The notes beneath the pieces were generated by a model. It made no database searches. It worked only from the letters and a program-made list of their open reading frames with translations, and was not told the DNA's origin. Made by a program: the position numbers and the translations under genes. Shown here piece by piece: positions 1 to 11,204 of a stretch of DNA of 64,000 bases (position 1 is the stretch's first letter; each line of letters opens with the position of its first letter). The stretch is from assembly GCA_963821525.1 (NCBI GenBank), contig CAWGED010000019.1, forward strand, positions 992,001 through 1,056,000. The letters run 5' to 3'. Source of the stretch: an uncultured Gemmatimonadales bacterium. GTDB lineage: Bacteria; Gemmatimonadota; Gemmatimonadetes; Gemmatimonadales; GWC2-71-9.

Positions 1-1068
1 GATGACCTGCGCGAGGAGTTTACCCGCGGGGTCGCGAGCGAATACCAGAAGATCCGGGAACAACGCGCGGCCGAGCGGAGGGAGGAGCGGCTCACACCAA
101 TTGGCGAGGCGCGGCGCAACCGGCTGGTAGTGGACTGGAAGGCGGTCCCACCACCCCGGCCGACGTTTCTTGGAATCCGGCAGATCGCGCCCTACCCGCT
201 CGAGGATCTGGTCGAATGGATCGACTGGACTCCGTTCTTCCAGACCTGGGAGCTGCGAGGGCACTATCCCGCGATTCTCGAGGATCCGGAGCAGGGTTCC
301 GCGGCGCGGAGCTTATTCAAGGACGCGAACGCGCTGCTGGAGACCATCGTGAAGGAACGATTGATCGAGGCGCGCGCGGTGTTCGGCTTTCTCCCCGCGG
401 CCGCAGCAGGAGACGATATCGAAGTCTCCAGCGAGAACGGACAGGGAAGTCTCACGGCCATTCGGACCCTCAGGCAGCAGATGAGCCGGCAGCCCGGCCG
501 GCCGAACCTGGCACTCGCCGACTTCGTAGCACCGAGGGATAGCGGTGTGACCGACTTCATCGGCTTGTTTGCGGTGACCGCTGGTCATGGTCTCGAGGAG
601 GTGGTCAAGCAGTTCGAGCAAGCCAACGACGATTATTCCGCCATTCTCGCCAAGGCGTTGGCGGATAGGCTGGCCGAAGCGCTGGCCGAACGACTGCACG
701 CCAGAGTGAGGCGAGAGTTCTGGGGCTACGCGGGTGATGAATCTCTCGACCAGCTCGCAATCATCAGGGAGCAGTATCAGGGGATCCGCCCCGCGCCCGG
801 TTACCCGGCTTGTCCCGATCACACGGAGAAGCGGACCCTGTTCGACCTCCTCCGCGCGGAGGAACGAGCCGGTATCCGGCTGACCGAGTCGTTTGCGATG
901 CTGCCTGCTGCATCGGTAAGCGGCTACTACTTCTGGCGACCGGAGGCCCGCTACTTCGGCCTGGGAAAGATCGGGAAGGACCAGATCGAGGACTACGCCC
1001 GGCGGAAGGGAATGAGCGTCGCTGAGGCGGAACGGTGGTTGGGGCCAAATTTGGGGTATGAGCGGTGA
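1..1068 (+). CDS. metH: B12-dependent methionine synthase, C-terminal part (AdoMet activation domain); 5'-truncated by the window
   Basis: Frame 1 is open from base 1; motifs IDWTPFFQTWEL, LADRLAEALAE, GIRPAPGYPACPDHTEK, LTESFAMLPAASVSG. Confidence 0.95.
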   Translation, partial: DDLREEFTRGVASEYQKIREQRAAERREERLTPIGEARRNRLVVDWKAVPPPRPTFLGIRQIAPYPLEDLVEWIDWTPFFQTWELRGHYPAILEDPEQGSAARSLFKDANALLETIVKERLIEARAVFGFLPAAAAGDDIEVSSENGQGSLTAIRTLRQQMSRQPGRPNLALADFVAPRDSGVTDFIGLFAVTAGHGLEEVVKQFEQANDDYSAILAKALADRLAEALAERLHARVRREFWGYAGDESLDQLAIIREQYQGIRPAPGYPACPDHTEKRTLFDLLRAEERAGIRLTESFAMLPAASVSGYYFWRPEARYFGLGKIGKDQIEDYARRKGMSVAEAERWLGPNLGYER

Positions 1069-2897
1069 CCGCTCTCCTGGATCTAATCGCAGACGGTCGC
1101 ACTCACGTGTGCGACGGCGCCATGGGCACCATGCTTTATGCCCGGGGCGTCTTCCTCAACGTGTGTTACGACGAGCTGAACCTGAAGCAGCCGGATCTGG
1201 TGCGGGAGATTCATCGTGAGTATGTGCGCGCCGGAGCGGAGCTGATCGAGACCAACACGTTTGGCGCCAATCCCCTCAAGCTCGCAGGCTATGGTCTCGC
1301 GTCGGAGACCGAGAAGATCAACGAGGCTGCAGCGCGCCTGGCCCTCGAGGCCGCCACGGGCCGCGCCGTGGTCCTCGGTGCCATTGGACCGCTCGGCGTC
1401 AGAATCGAGCCGTTCGGCGAGCTGGCGGTCCATGAGGCTCAGGCGACTTTCGCCCGACAGGTAGACGGACTGCTGGCAGGCGGAGTCGAGGGCATCATAC
1501 TCGAGACCTTCAGCGACGTGGAGGAGCTGCGGGCGGCTTTCAACGCGGTCCGCAGCAAGAGCAACATCCCGGTCTTCGCCCAGATGACGGTCGGGACCGA
1601 CGGCAAGACCCATTACGGCACCGATCCGGTGGACTTCGGTCCGATCCTGCAGGCGATGGGTGCCGACGTGATCGGCGTCAACTGCTCGGTCGGACCTCAC
1701 GGCGTGCTCGAGGCCGTGGAAAAGCTGGCGAAGGTGGTCACCGTGCCGATCTCCGCACAGCCCAATGCCGGCCTCCCTCGCGAGGTGGGGGACCGGAAGA
1801 TCTACATGGCCTCCCCGGAATACCTGGCAGAGTACGCGCGCCGGATCGCCGAGGCAGGCGCACGATTCGTCGGAGGCTGCTGCGGAACGACTCCCGACCA
1901 CATCAAGGCGGTTGTCGGGTTCGTGAAGAGCGTGTCGCCTCAGCACACCAGCGTCCGCGCGGCAACTCCGGCCCAGGCTAAGCCTCTCGAACCAATTCCG
2001 CTGGAACAGCGCTCGCACCTGGGTGGCAAACTCGCGCGGGGAGAATTCGTCACGACCGTGGAGATCGTTCCACCCAAGGGGGTAGACCCGGAACCGATGT
2101 TCCGCCAAGTGCGGGAATTAAAAGCCGTAGGGGTAGACGCGGTAAACGTACCCGATGGCCCCCGGGCCCAGAGCCGGATGGGCGCTCTGCTGTCAGCCCT
2201 GATGATTCAGCACGAAGTCGGGATGGAAGCCGTCGTCCATTACGCATGTAGAGATCGGAACCTCCTCGGCATGCTGTCGGATCTGCTGGGAGCTGCGGCG
2301 AGCGGGGTCCGCAACCTTCTCATCGTCACCGGCGACCCTCCGAAGATGGGCCCCTACCCGGACGCGACGGCTGTGTTCGACATCGACAGCATCGGGCTCA
2401 CGAACCTGGTATCGCGGCTCAATCACGGCCTCGACCCGGGAGGAAACTCTCTGGGGGAACCGGCGCGGTTCGTGATTGGTGTCGGAGTGAATCCCGCAGC
2501 CGTGGATCTCGACCGTGAACTGCGGCGATTCGCGTGGAAGGTGGAGGCGGGGGCTGAATTCGCGGTGACTCAGCCGGTTTTTGACATCGACCAGCTCGAC
2601 CGTTTCCTCACTCGGGTCGAGGCATTCCGAATCCCGATCATCGCGGGGATCTGGCCGCTCATCTCCCAGCGCAACGCGGAGTTCCTCGCCAACGAAGTTC
2701 CCGGAATCTCGATTCCGAATGGCATCCTGGAGCGGATGCGGAAGGCCAGCGTGAACGGTAAGGAGCAGGCGCTTCAGGAAGGAGTCATGATCGCCCGCGA
2801 GATGCTTTCCGCGGTCAAGGCCAGAGTGCAGGGAGCACAGGTATCCGCGCCGCTGGGACGGGTGCCGGTGGTGCTGGAGGTGGTGGGGAGGGATTGA
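1065..2897 (+). CDS. yitJ: Bifunctional homocysteine S-methyltransferase / 5,10-methylenetetrahydrofolate reductase
   Basis: N-terminal DGAMGT, GVNC, GGCCGTTP (Hcy-binding domain); C-terminal CRDRN, TGDPP, TQPVFD (MTHFR); GTGA overlap with metH stop. Confidence 0.92.
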   Translation: MTALLDLIADGRTHVCDGAMGTMLYARGVFLNVCYDELNLKQPDLVREIHREYVRAGAELIETNTFGANPLKLAGYGLASETEKINEAAARLALEAATGRAVVLGAIGPLGVRIEPFGELAVHEAQATFARQVDGLLAGGVEGIILETFSDVEELRAAFNAVRSKSNIPVFAQMTVGTDGKTHYGTDPVDFGPILQAMGADVIGVNCSVGPHGVLEAVEKLAKVVTVPISAQPNAGLPREVGDRKIYMASPEYLAEYARRIAEAGARFVGGCCGTTPDHIKAVVGFVKSVSPQHTSVRAATPAQAKPLEPIPLEQRSHLGGKLARGEFVTTVEIVPPKGVDPEPMFRQVRELKAVGVDAVNVPDGPRAQSRMGALLSALMIQHEVGMEAVVHYACRDRNLLGMLSDLLGAAASGVRNLLIVTGDPPKMGPYPDATAVFDIDSIGLTNLVSRLNHGLDPGGNSLGEPARFVIGVGVNPAAVDLDRELRRFAWKVEAGAEFAVTQPVFDIDQLDRFLTRVEAFRIPIIAGIWPLISQRNAEFLANEVPGISIPNGILERMRKASVNGKEQALQEGVMIAREMLSAVKARVQGAQVSAPLGRVPVVLEVVGRD

Positions 2898-3000
2898 GGG
2901 GATTTCAGATTGAAGATTTCAGATTGAAGATTTTGCGATCGAAGATGGTCCTCTTTCAAATCTGAAATCTGAAATCTTCAATCCTGAAATCCATTCAATC
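2892..3000. repeat. Inverted array of heptamer repeats (GATTTCA/GATTGAA facing TGAAATC/TTCAATC) between convergent genes; possible bidirectional terminator
   Basis: Left arm gatttca-gattgaa-gatttca-gattgaa; right arm tgaaatc-tgaaatc-ttcaatc-ctgaaatc are reverse complements. Confidence 0.85.
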
Positions 3001-3003
3001 CCC

Positions 3004-3705
3004 TCATCCCGACACTTTCAGCCTATACCCAACACCCGGCTCCGTCAGCAGCAACCGCGGATGAGTCGGATCCGCCTCGAGCTTGTGCCGGAGTTGGGTC
3101 ATGTAGACCCGCAGATAGTGGTTCTGGCCGATCGAGTTTATCCCCCAGACTTCCTTGAGCAGGTGCCGGTGTGTCACCACCTTCCCTGCGTGATGCACCA
3201 GGGTCTGGAGCAGCCGGTATTCCAGCGGCGTAAGGTGCACTTCCTCACTCCTCACGAAGACCTGACGCCGCGCCAAGTCCACCCGCAGATCTCCCTCCAC
3301 AAACTCCGGCTCCTCTTTTCCCGAGGCGGCAAGAGTCGCGTGACGCAGGGCTACCCGCATCCGGGCCAGCAGCTCGCCGACCCCGAACGGCTTGGTCAGG
3401 TAGTCATCGGCACCGGCATCAAGGGCAGCCACCTTGTCCGCTTCCATGCCGCGCGCCGAGAGCACGATGATGGGCCGGGTTGACCATTCGCGAATGCGTC
3501 GGGTGAGATCGAGCCCATCCCCGTCGGGTAACCCCAGGTCCAGAAGGATGATGTCCGGATTGCGGCTGGCGGCTTGAGCGAGACCTTCGCGGGCCGTGGC
3601 GGCTTCAACCAGATGGTATTGCCCGTCATCGAGTGCCGCCCGGAGGAAGCGGCGCATCTGGGGCTCGTCCTCGATCAACAGGACCAACGGCTGCGGAACG
3701 GCCAT
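3004..3705 (-). CDS. kdpE: KdpE response regulator (OmpR family)
   Basis: Receiver motifs LLIEDE, LLDLGLPD, DDYLTKPF; winged-helix end LLTEPGVGYRL; start reset to ATG 3705 (MAVPQPLVLL). Confidence 0.93.
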   Translation of the reverse strand: MAVPQPLVLLIEDEPQMRRFLRAALDDGQYHLVEAATAREGLAQAASRNPDIILLDLGLPDGDGLDLTRRIREWSTRPIIVLSARGMEADKVAALDAGADDYLTKPFGVGELLARMRVALRHATLAASGKEEPEFVEGDLRVDLARRQVFVRSEEVHLTPLEYRLLQTLVHHAGKVVTHRHLLKEVWGINSIGQNHYLRVYMTQLRHKLEADPTHPRLLLTEPGVGYRLKVSG

Positions 3706-3724
3706 GGTCGTGCCCCGTGGAGAT

Positions 3725-6428
3725 TCAGACGGTTTCGGCGATGGCCTCCCTCGGCGGGAGGGTTGGAGGCGTCCCTTCGATAGGAAGCGTGAACCGAAAT
3801 ACCGCTCCCCCGCCTGGACGGTTCTCCGCCCAGATCCGCCCACCATGCGCCTGTACAATGCCGCGGCAAATGGTGAGCCCCAGCCCAACGCCGCCACCGG
3901 GTGGCGCGCCCACCGATCGATAGAACTTGTCAAAGATCCGCGCTTCTTCTCCTGGCGGCAATCCCGGTCCCCGGTCCGCTACATCGACGACAATCGTCTG
4001 GTTGTCTACCCGGGCGCTGATCGTGATGGGGCTGCCCGCCGGCGTGTACTTGACGGCGTTCTCCAGCAGATTGATCAGGACTTCTTCTATGAGGAGACCA
4101 TCCAGCGGGACGAGGGGCAAGTCCGGCGGCAGTTGGACCTGTACCTCCCGCCCCTGCAGCCGCTCGTCGAGCCGGATGAGTGCCACGCCGATCGGCTCCT
4201 CCAGCGGCTGCCACTCCTTTTGCACCACGAGGGTCTGAGTTTCCACCCGGATCATATCGAGCAGGTTGCCGATCAGCCGGTTCATCCGCTGCGCCTCCTC
4301 GACGATGGTCTGCAGCAGATCTCTACGCACCTCATCGCGCATGGAACGGTCCTGGAGCAGACTGGTGGCCGATCCCGTGATCCCGGCCAGGGGCGTACGC
4401 AAGTCGTGCGACAGGGAGCTCAAGAGCGCGGTGCGGAGCCGTTCAGCCTCGATTTCCACCTGGCTCTGCTGGGTCTGCCGCTCCAGCGTCATCCGTTCCA
4501 GGGCAAGCGCGACTTGGTCCGCGAATGCCTCCAGGAGTTGGCGCTGAGCCGGCTCCTGAAAGCGCCGGGGATCTGACGGCATGACGCCGAGGACCCCGAC
4601 CAGGTGGCCGCTGGCGCGTAAAGGCAGATACAGGGCCTTCGCGGCGGGGAGAGTATCGGTGCCGAGACCGGCCGACTGGTCTCGCTGAAACACCCATTGC
4701 GCCACACCGCGCTCCCGGTCATCCAGAGAGTAAGTAGGAGCCTGCCCTTCGGGCGGGGCCAGGCTTCCGGCCTGGTCCGGCAGTAAGAGCTGCACCGCTG
4801 CGCCGAAGCTGGCGCCGATCTGGCGACGAACGACATCCACCAGCTGGGAGCGATCTCTGGCGGTCGCGAGCTCCCGGCTCATCGCGTACAGGGCTGCGGT
4901 CCTGCTCTCCCGCTCCCGGGCGAACGCGGCCTGTTCCCTTACCCGTACCGTCAGCCCGCTGATCACCAGAGAAATGAGCAGCATGACGCCAAAGGTGGAG
5001 ACGAACTGCAGATCGGAGACTGCGAAAGTCAAATAGGGGGGAACGAAGAAGAAATCGAACAAGGCGATGCTCACGAACACCGCCGCAAGCGCCGGCCCGC
5101 GGCCGGAGCGGCTCGACACGACCACTGTGCCGAGCAGATAGATCATCGCGATATCGGTGACCGTGAAGTGGCGGAATGCGGCCCATCCGGCCAGCGAGCA
5201 TAGCGTGACCACCAGCGCCGCCCACAGATACTCCTTGAGTGGCGACACGCGTGAGGGGGACGGAGGCCGCCGCGGCACATCCCCTTCGACCTCGCCACTG
5301 ATGACGTACACATCCACATCTCCACTGCCCCGGACCAGCTTGTCGAGCAGCGAGCCTCGAACCTTGTCCCGCCACCGCGGGTGGGTCGGCTTGCCGACGA
5401 TGATGCGAGTGACGTTGTGCTCGCGGGCGTAGGCCAGGATCTCATCGGCCGTGTCCTGTCCCTGCAGGGTGGCGACCCGGGCCTCGAGCTCTTCGGCCAG
5501 TCGCAGGTTTTCGACCAGGGCTTCCCGGTCCGTCGCGGACAGGCTGATCGCCGGGTTCTCGACGTACACCACAACCCATTCACAGGCCAGACGCGACGCC
5601 ATCCGGTGCCCGGCCCGGATCAGCCGGGCGCTGGCAGGGTTGGGTCCCACCGAGACCAGCAAGCGGTCGCCGGCGGGCCAGATCTCCCGGATGCCCTGCT
5701 CCCGCATGTACCCGCGCATCTGAGCGTCCACCCGCTCCGCCACACGGCGGAGCGCCAGCTCGCGGAGCGCGATGAGATTTCCCTTGCGGAAGAACTCTTC
5801 CCGAGCCCGCTGAGCCTGCTCGGGGAAGTAGACCTTGCCCTGCTCCAGACGACGCAGCAGATCGTCGGGGGTCAGGTCCGCCAGCTCCACCTCGTCGGCG
5901 GCGTCGAACACCGCATCCGGGACGGTCTCCCGGACCTGGATTCCGGTGATCTGGGCGACCACGTCGTTCAGGCTCTCGAGGTGCTGGACGTTCAGGGTGG
6001 TGTAGACCGAGATGCCGGCGTCGAGCAGCTCCTCGACGTCCTGCCACCGCCGTGTGTGGCGAGAGTCCGGTGCATTGGTGTGGGCCAGCTCGTCGACCAG
6101 CAGAATGGCGGGACGCCGGGCGAGTGCGGCATCAAGGTCGAACTCATGCAGGGTGACCCCGCGGTACTCCACCTGGCGGCGGGGCAGGACTTCGAGACCG
6201 GGGAGGAGGGCCTCGGTTTCCACGCGCCGGTGGGTCTCGACGATCCCGACCACGACATCCACGCCTTCGGCCCGCTTGACCCGGGCCTCCTCCAGCATGG
6301 CAAAAGTCTTCCCGACGCCGGGATTGGCGCCGAAGAAGACCTTGAGTTTGCCACGTTTCGCCCGCGCCTCCGCGTCCCTGAACCTGGGCGAGGAGGAGAT
6401 CGGGGTCCGGACGGCGATCGTTCATCAC
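3725..6428 (-). CDS. kdpD: KdpD sensor histidine kinase; one apparent +1 frameshift near 6376-6378
   Basis: N-terminus MNDRRPDPDLLLAQVQ joins DAEARAKRGKLKVFFGANPGVGKT if one G is removed from CAGGGA; VDELAHTN, Usp domain, 4 TM, GAF, SHDLRTPL H-box, HATPase. Confidence 0.93.
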
Positions 6429-6429
6429 C

Positions 6430-7008
6430 TCATGGTGTCGCGGTCAGGCTGTCCAGCGCAAGGTTGAGCCGGAGGACGTTCACTCGCGCCTCACCCAGGA
6501 AACCCAGCTGTCGCCCCTCGGTGTACTGCGCCACCAGGTCACGGACCTGGTCCGCTGACAGCGAGCGGGCCTGAGCCACCCGGTTCACCTGGTAGGCTGC
6601 CGCGGCCGGCGTGATGTGCGGATCCAGCCCGCTCCCCGAGCCGGTGACCAGGTCGATCGGCACCGGGCCCGTAGCACTGGGATCAGCCGCACGGAGCGTG
6701 GCAACCCGATCCTTGATCGCATCGGTAAGCGCGGGGTTCATCGGTCCGAGATTCGACGCTCCGGATGCCGCACCGTTGTACGCCGGACTGGTTCCGGACG
6801 CCCGGCTCCAGAAGTACTTCGGATCGTCGAACGGCTGGCCGATCAACGCCGAGCCGACCGGCTTGCCGTCTCGCGGAATGAGGCTTCCCTCCGCCTGACG
6901 CCGAAAGGCCAGGTGAGCAATGCCAGTGACCACGGCCGGGTAAATGGCACCGGTCAGGATGGTGAGCAGTGCCAGGGATAACAGCGCGGGGCGAAGTTCC
7001 GAACGCAT
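6430..7008 (-). CDS. kdpC: K+-transporting ATPase subunit C
   Basis: [41 protein letters not shown]; start ATG 7008. Confidence 0.95.
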   Translation of the reverse strand: MRSELRPALLSLALLTILTGAIYPAVVTGIAHLAFRRQAEGSLIPRDGKPVGSALIGQPFDDPKYFWSRASGTSPAYNGAASGASNLGPMNPALTDAIKDRVATLRAADPSATGPVPIDLVTGSGSGLDPHITPAAAAYQVNRVAQARSLSADQVRDLVAQYTEGRQLGFLGEARVNVLRLNLALDSLTATP

Positions 7009-7020
7009 AGGGTGCTCCAC

Positions 7021-9094
7021 TCAGGCCAGGTGCAAAGCCACGAGAATCATGTCGACGAGCTTGATCCCGGGGAAAGGCAGCAGCACGCCGCCTACCCCGT
7101 AGATCAGCAGGTTGTTGCGCAACAGCGCGGCCGCGCCGATCGGACGGTACCGGATCCCCCGCAAGGCGAGCGGGATCAGCGCGATGATGATCAGGGCGTT
7201 GAAGATCACCGCCGAGAGAATCGCGCTGTGAGGCGTGGCCAGGTGCATGATGTTCAAGGCACCAAGGGCGGGATAGGTGGTCGCGAACGCCGCCGGAATG
7301 ATCGCGAAGTACTTCGCCACGTCATTGGCGATGCTGAACGTGGTGAGGGCGCCACGGGTAATCAGCATCTGTTTCCCGGTCTCCACGATCTCGATCAGCT
7401 TGGTCGGATTGGAGTCGAGGTCGACCATGTTGCCGGCTTCCTTGGCCGCCTGGGTGCCGCTGTTCATCGCCACGGCCACGTCGGCCTGGGCCAGGGCAGG
7501 AGCGTCGTTGGTTCCGTCTCCCGTCATCGCCACCAGCCTGCCGCCCGCCTGGTGTTTCCGGATCAGCTCGAGCTTGGCCTCCGGGGTCGCCTGAGCCAGG
7601 AAGTCGTCCACCCCGGCCTCGGCCGCGATCGCGGCGGCGGTGAGCGGGTTGTCACCGGTGATCATGACCGTCTTGATGCCCATCTGCCGCAGCTCGGCGA
7701 ACCGCTCTTTGATACCACCTTTCACGATGTCCTTGAGCTGGATCGCGCCCAGCACCCGAGCTCCCTCCGCCACCACGAGGGGCGTGCTGCCCTGCCGGGC
7801 GATTCCCTCCACCGCGGTCTGCACATCGGCCGGCAGCTGGCCGCCAGCGTTCTTGACCCAGGCCTCGACCGCGTCGGCTGCGCCCTTGCGGATCTGGCGG
7901 CCGTCCAGGTCCACGCCACTCATCCGGGTCTGGGCAGTGAACGCGACGAAATGCGCCCCCAAGGCCTGTACGTCCCGCTCCCGCAGGCCGAACTTCTCCT
8001 TCGCCAGCACGACAATACTGCGACCCTCGGGAGTCTCGTCCGCCAGCGAAGCCAGCTGCGCCGCGTCGGCCAGGGTCTCGGGCGACACGCCGGTCGCGGG
8101 CATGAAGGCGACCGCCTGCCGGTTGCCCAGCGTGATGGTCCCGGTCTTGTCGAGCAGCAGGACATCCACGTCTCCCGCAGCTTCGACCGCCCGGCCCGAC
8201 ATGGCGATCACGTTCTTCTGGATCATGCGGTCCATCCCAGCGATACCGATCGCCGAGAGCAGACCGCCGATGGTGGTGGGGATCAGACACACCAGAAGGG
8301 CGGTCAGTACCGTCATCGTCACCGGTGTGCCCTGTCCGGCGGCCTGCACGCTGTAGACCGAGAACGGCAAGAGCGTCACGGTGGTGAGCAGAAAGATGAT
8401 GGTGAGGCCCGCCAGGAGAATCTCGAGCGCGATTTCGTTCGGGGTCTTCCGCCGCTTGGCCGCTTCGATCAGTCCGATGATGCGGTCGAGGAACGACTCG
8501 CCCGGATTGGCCGTGATGCGCACCACAATCCAATCGGAGAGAACCCGGGTACCGCCGGTCACCGAGCTGCGGTCTCCCCCGCTCTCCCGGATCACCGGGG
8601 CGCTTTCCCCGGTTACGGCACTTTCGTCCACCGAGGCAACTCCCTCGATGATCTCACCGTCTCCCGGAATCAGCTGGCTGGCATGCACCAATACGATGTC
8701 TCCGGCGCGCAAACTGCTCGCCGCAACGTTCTCGAAATCGAGGTGGTCGCCTCGGCTTTCTGAGCTTCTTGGCAAGGATGTCACGTCGTGCCTTGCGTAG
8801 CGTATCCGCCTGCGCCTTGCCTCGACCTTCCGCCATCGCCTCGGCGAAGTTGGCGAACAACACGGTGAACCACAGCCAGATCGAGACCCCGAGAATGAAC
8901 CATGGGTTCTCCGGGAGGCGGCCGCTGAAGGCGAGAACGGCCAGGATGCTGGTGAGCAAGCTGCCCACCTCCACCACGAACATGACCGGATTCCGGACGA
9001 CGTGTCGTGGATTCAGCTTTCGGAACGCGTCCAGAACCGCGCGCCGAACGATCGGGCCGTAGAACAGTGGCTTGGCCTTGCTCTGGGTGGACAT
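7021..9094 (-). CDS. kdpB: K+-transporting P-type ATPase subunit B; one apparent frameshift near 8748-8760
   Basis: ORF 8654..9094 supplies the N-terminus ([25 protein letters not shown]); ORF 7021..8784 supplies [24 protein letters not shown]. Confidence 0.95.
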
Positions 9095-9101
9095 TGGTTC
9101 C

Positions 9102-10844
9102 CTACCTCGCGTGGATCATCAGGTGTTCGACGATCGGACCCAGGGCGAGTCCGGGCAGGTGCGTGAGCGCGCCCACCAGGACTACCGTGCCGACCAACAG
9201 CAGCACGAAGAGAATGGTGTGGGTCGGGAAGGTCCCGACGGACTCCGGCACCCGCTTCTTCGCGGCCAGTGAGCCGGCGACGGCCAGGGCTGGGATGGCG
9301 CACCAGAACCGGCTGAACAGCATTGCGATGCCCCCGACGATGGTGTAGAACGGGTTGGTGGCGGTGAGACCACCGAATGCGCTGCCGTTGTTGTTACTCA
9401 TCGAAGAGAAGCCGTACAGCATCTCGGTGAATCCGTGGGGTCCCGGATTCAGGACGCCGGACCTGCCCGCCGCCGTCGTGACCGCCAGAGCAGTGCCCAC
9501 CAATGCCAGCATGTTGGGGACGAGGATCGCGACCGAGGCCATCTTCATCTCGAAGGCCTCGATCTTCTTGCCGAGGTACTCCGGCGTGCGCCCTACCATG
9601 AGGCCGGCGATGAACACCGTGACGATCGCGAAGAGCAGCATTCCATAAAGGCCGGATCCGACACCGCCGTAGATGATCTCGCCCAGCTGCATCAGCCAGA
9701 GCGGCACCAGCCCGCCCAGCGGCATGAACGAGTCGTGCATGGAGTTGACCGAGCCGTTGGAGGCCGCCGTGGTGGCCGTGGCCCAGAGTGCGGAGTTCAC
9801 CACGCCGAACCGGACCTCCTTGCCCTCCATATTGCCGCCAGCCTGGCTAACGCTCGCGTGCTGGTCGACGACTTCGGCGGCAATCAGCGGATTGCCAGCC
9901 TGTTCGGTGAGAACGCAGGGGAGCAGTAACCCCACGAACACGATCGTCATCGCCGCCAGCACGGCCCACCCTTGTCGGGTGTCCTTCACCATTCGGCCGA
10001 AGGTGTAGCAGAGCGCCGCAGGGATCACGAGGATCGCGAGCAGCTCGAGGAAGTTGGAGAGCGGGGTCGGGTTCTCGAACGGATGGGCCGAGTTGATGTT
10101 GAAGAACCCACCGCCGTTGGTGCCCAGCTGCTTGATCGCTATCTGCGAGGCGGCCGGGCCCACCGCGATGGTCTGGGTGGTCACCCGCGCGGTATCGGGA
10201 CCGAACGGCTGCAGCAGGGGAACCGTCTGGTAGGCTCCGAAGGTCTGCACGACACCCTGTGACACGAGGGCCAATGCGAGCACGAAGGAAAGCGGCAGCA
10301 GGATGTAGAGCGTGCTGCGGGTGAGGTCAACCCAGAAGCTGCCGATGGTGCGCGTGGAGTGGCGTGACAGGCCGCGGATCAGCGCGATCAGCACTGCCAT
10401 CCCCGCCGCCGCGGAAACGAAGTTCTGCACGGTGAGCGCCAGCATCTGCGACAGGTAGCTCATCGTCATTTCGCCGCCGTACGCCTGCCAGTTGGTGTTG
10501 GTGGCGAAACTGGTGGCGGTATTGAACGCGATTGTAGGCGAAACCGCGGCCATGTGCGCCGGGTTGAGCGGCAGCACGGCCTGAGCCCGGAGCAGCAGGT
10601 AGACCGCCAGGGTACTGAGAAGGCTGAACAGCAGGAAACTCCAGGCGTACCGCTTCCAGTCCATCTCGTCGTCGGGACTGACCCCCATCACCCGGTAACA
10701 CAACCGTTCGACCGGTCCCAGGAGCCGGCCGAGCCACGTCGGTTCACCCGTATAGACCTTCGCCATGAAGGTGCCGAGGGGCTTCGCGAGGCCCAGCAAC
10801 ACGACCATGTACAGGCCGAGCTGGAGCCAGCCGTTGGTGGTCAT
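9102..10844 (-). CDS. kdpA: K+-transporting ATPase subunit A
   Basis: Selectivity-filter motifs [31 protein letters not shown]. Confidence 0.97.
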   Translation of the reverse strand: MTTNGWLQLGLYMVVLLGLAKPLGTFMAKVYTGEPTWLGRLLGPVERLCYRVMGVSPDDEMDWKRYAWSFLLFSLLSTLAVYLLLRAQAVLPLNPAHMAAVSPTIAFNTATSFATNTNWQAYGGEMTMSYLSQMLALTVQNFVSAAAGMAVLIALIRGLSRHSTRTIGSFWVDLTRSTLYILLPLSFVLALALVSQGVVQTFGAYQTVPLLQPFGPDTARVTTQTIAVGPAASQIAIKQLGTNGGGFFNINSAHPFENPTPLSNFLELLAILVIPAALCYTFGRMVKDTRQGWAVLAAMTIVFVGLLLPCVLTEQAGNPLIAAEVVDQHASVSQAGGNMEGKEVRFGVVNSALWATATTAASNGSVNSMHDSFMPLGGLVPLWLMQLGEIIYGGVGSGLYGMLLFAIVTVFIAGLMVGRTPEYLGKKIEAFEMKMASVAILVPNMLALVGTALAVTTAAGRSGVLNPGPHGFTEMLYGFSSMSNNNGSAFGGLTATNPFYTIVGGIAMLFSRFWCAIPALAVAGSLAAKKRVPESVGTFPTHTILFVLLLVGTVVLVGALTHLPGLALGPIVEHLMIHAR

Positions 10845-10933
10845 TCGAACAGCTCCGGCTTGAGAAGCGCCGCGAAGAGATAGATGAGCAGCGCGATGGC
10901 GATGACCAGACCAACCCAGGTGAGCGTGGTCAT
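10841..10933 (-). CDS. kdpF: KdpF small membrane subunit, 30 aa ([30 protein letters not shown])
   Basis: Hand-translated; YL..ALL.PE.F signature; ATGA overlap with kdpA start. Confidence 0.92.
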   Translation of the reverse strand: MTTLTWVGLVIAIALLIYLFAALLKPELFE

Positions 10934-10943
10934 GACAGATTCC

Positions 10944-11027
10944 TCACAGCTTTTGACAGAGCCGGACAAACCCCCAGCTCAGGCCGAAGAAAATGACCAC
11001 CAACAGCACCAGTAACCCGTCGAGCAT
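10944..11027 (-). CDS. 27-aa hydrophobic peptide upstream of kdpF (MLDGLLVLLVVIFFGLSWGFVRLCQKL)
   Basis: Hand-translated single-TM peptide; its stop TGA leads into the AGGA RBS of kdpF. Confidence 0.75.
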   Translation of the reverse strand: MLDGLLVLLVVIFFGLSWGFVRLCQKL

Positions 11028-11082
11028 AGAGGCCCCAGGTTCGTGAACGGCTGCTAGCTTAGGACAAGTCGCCTCAGGACGG

Positions 11083-11120
11083 GGTAAAAACTGGCGCGGC
11101 CGGCATCAGGATTTCGTAAG
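11083..11120 (-). promoter_or_regulatory. Putative KdpE-binding direct repeats upstream of the kdp operon
   Basis: Minus strand CTTACG-N5-CTGATG...TTTACC, resembling TTTAYA half-sites at about 11-bp phasing. Confidence 0.35.
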
Positions 11121-11204
11121 AATCTTCCGCCTTTGCCACTAGGAACCGGGCGGTAGCGCGATATCTTCCTCCGCCAGAAGCCCTTGCCCCTGCCCAACCG
11201 GACC

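Noticed and set aside
1..2897. metH next to a second homocysteine methyltransferase domain as a novelty
   Set aside because: MetH adjacent to a YitJ-type HMT-MTHFR fusion is a known arrangement
2892..3000. Short repeats (also 52474-52537) as a CRISPR array
   Set aside because: Units are 7 nt and tandem, with no unique spacers and no cas genes
3706..3933. 76-aa N-terminal extension of KdpE in the ORF track
   Set aside because: Overlaps the kdpD 3' end; the receiver domain starts at ATG 3705
6370..6385. Programmed frameshift in kdpD or kdpB
   Set aside because: No slippery heptamer or stimulatory structure seen, and similar indels are scattered through unrelated genes
7012..8763. Long antisense ORFs (for example 7012..8763 +, 11139..12521 -, 5381..6574 +, 62706..63923 -)
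   Set aside because: Shadow frames of well-supported genes in high-GC DNA, with no recognisable motifs
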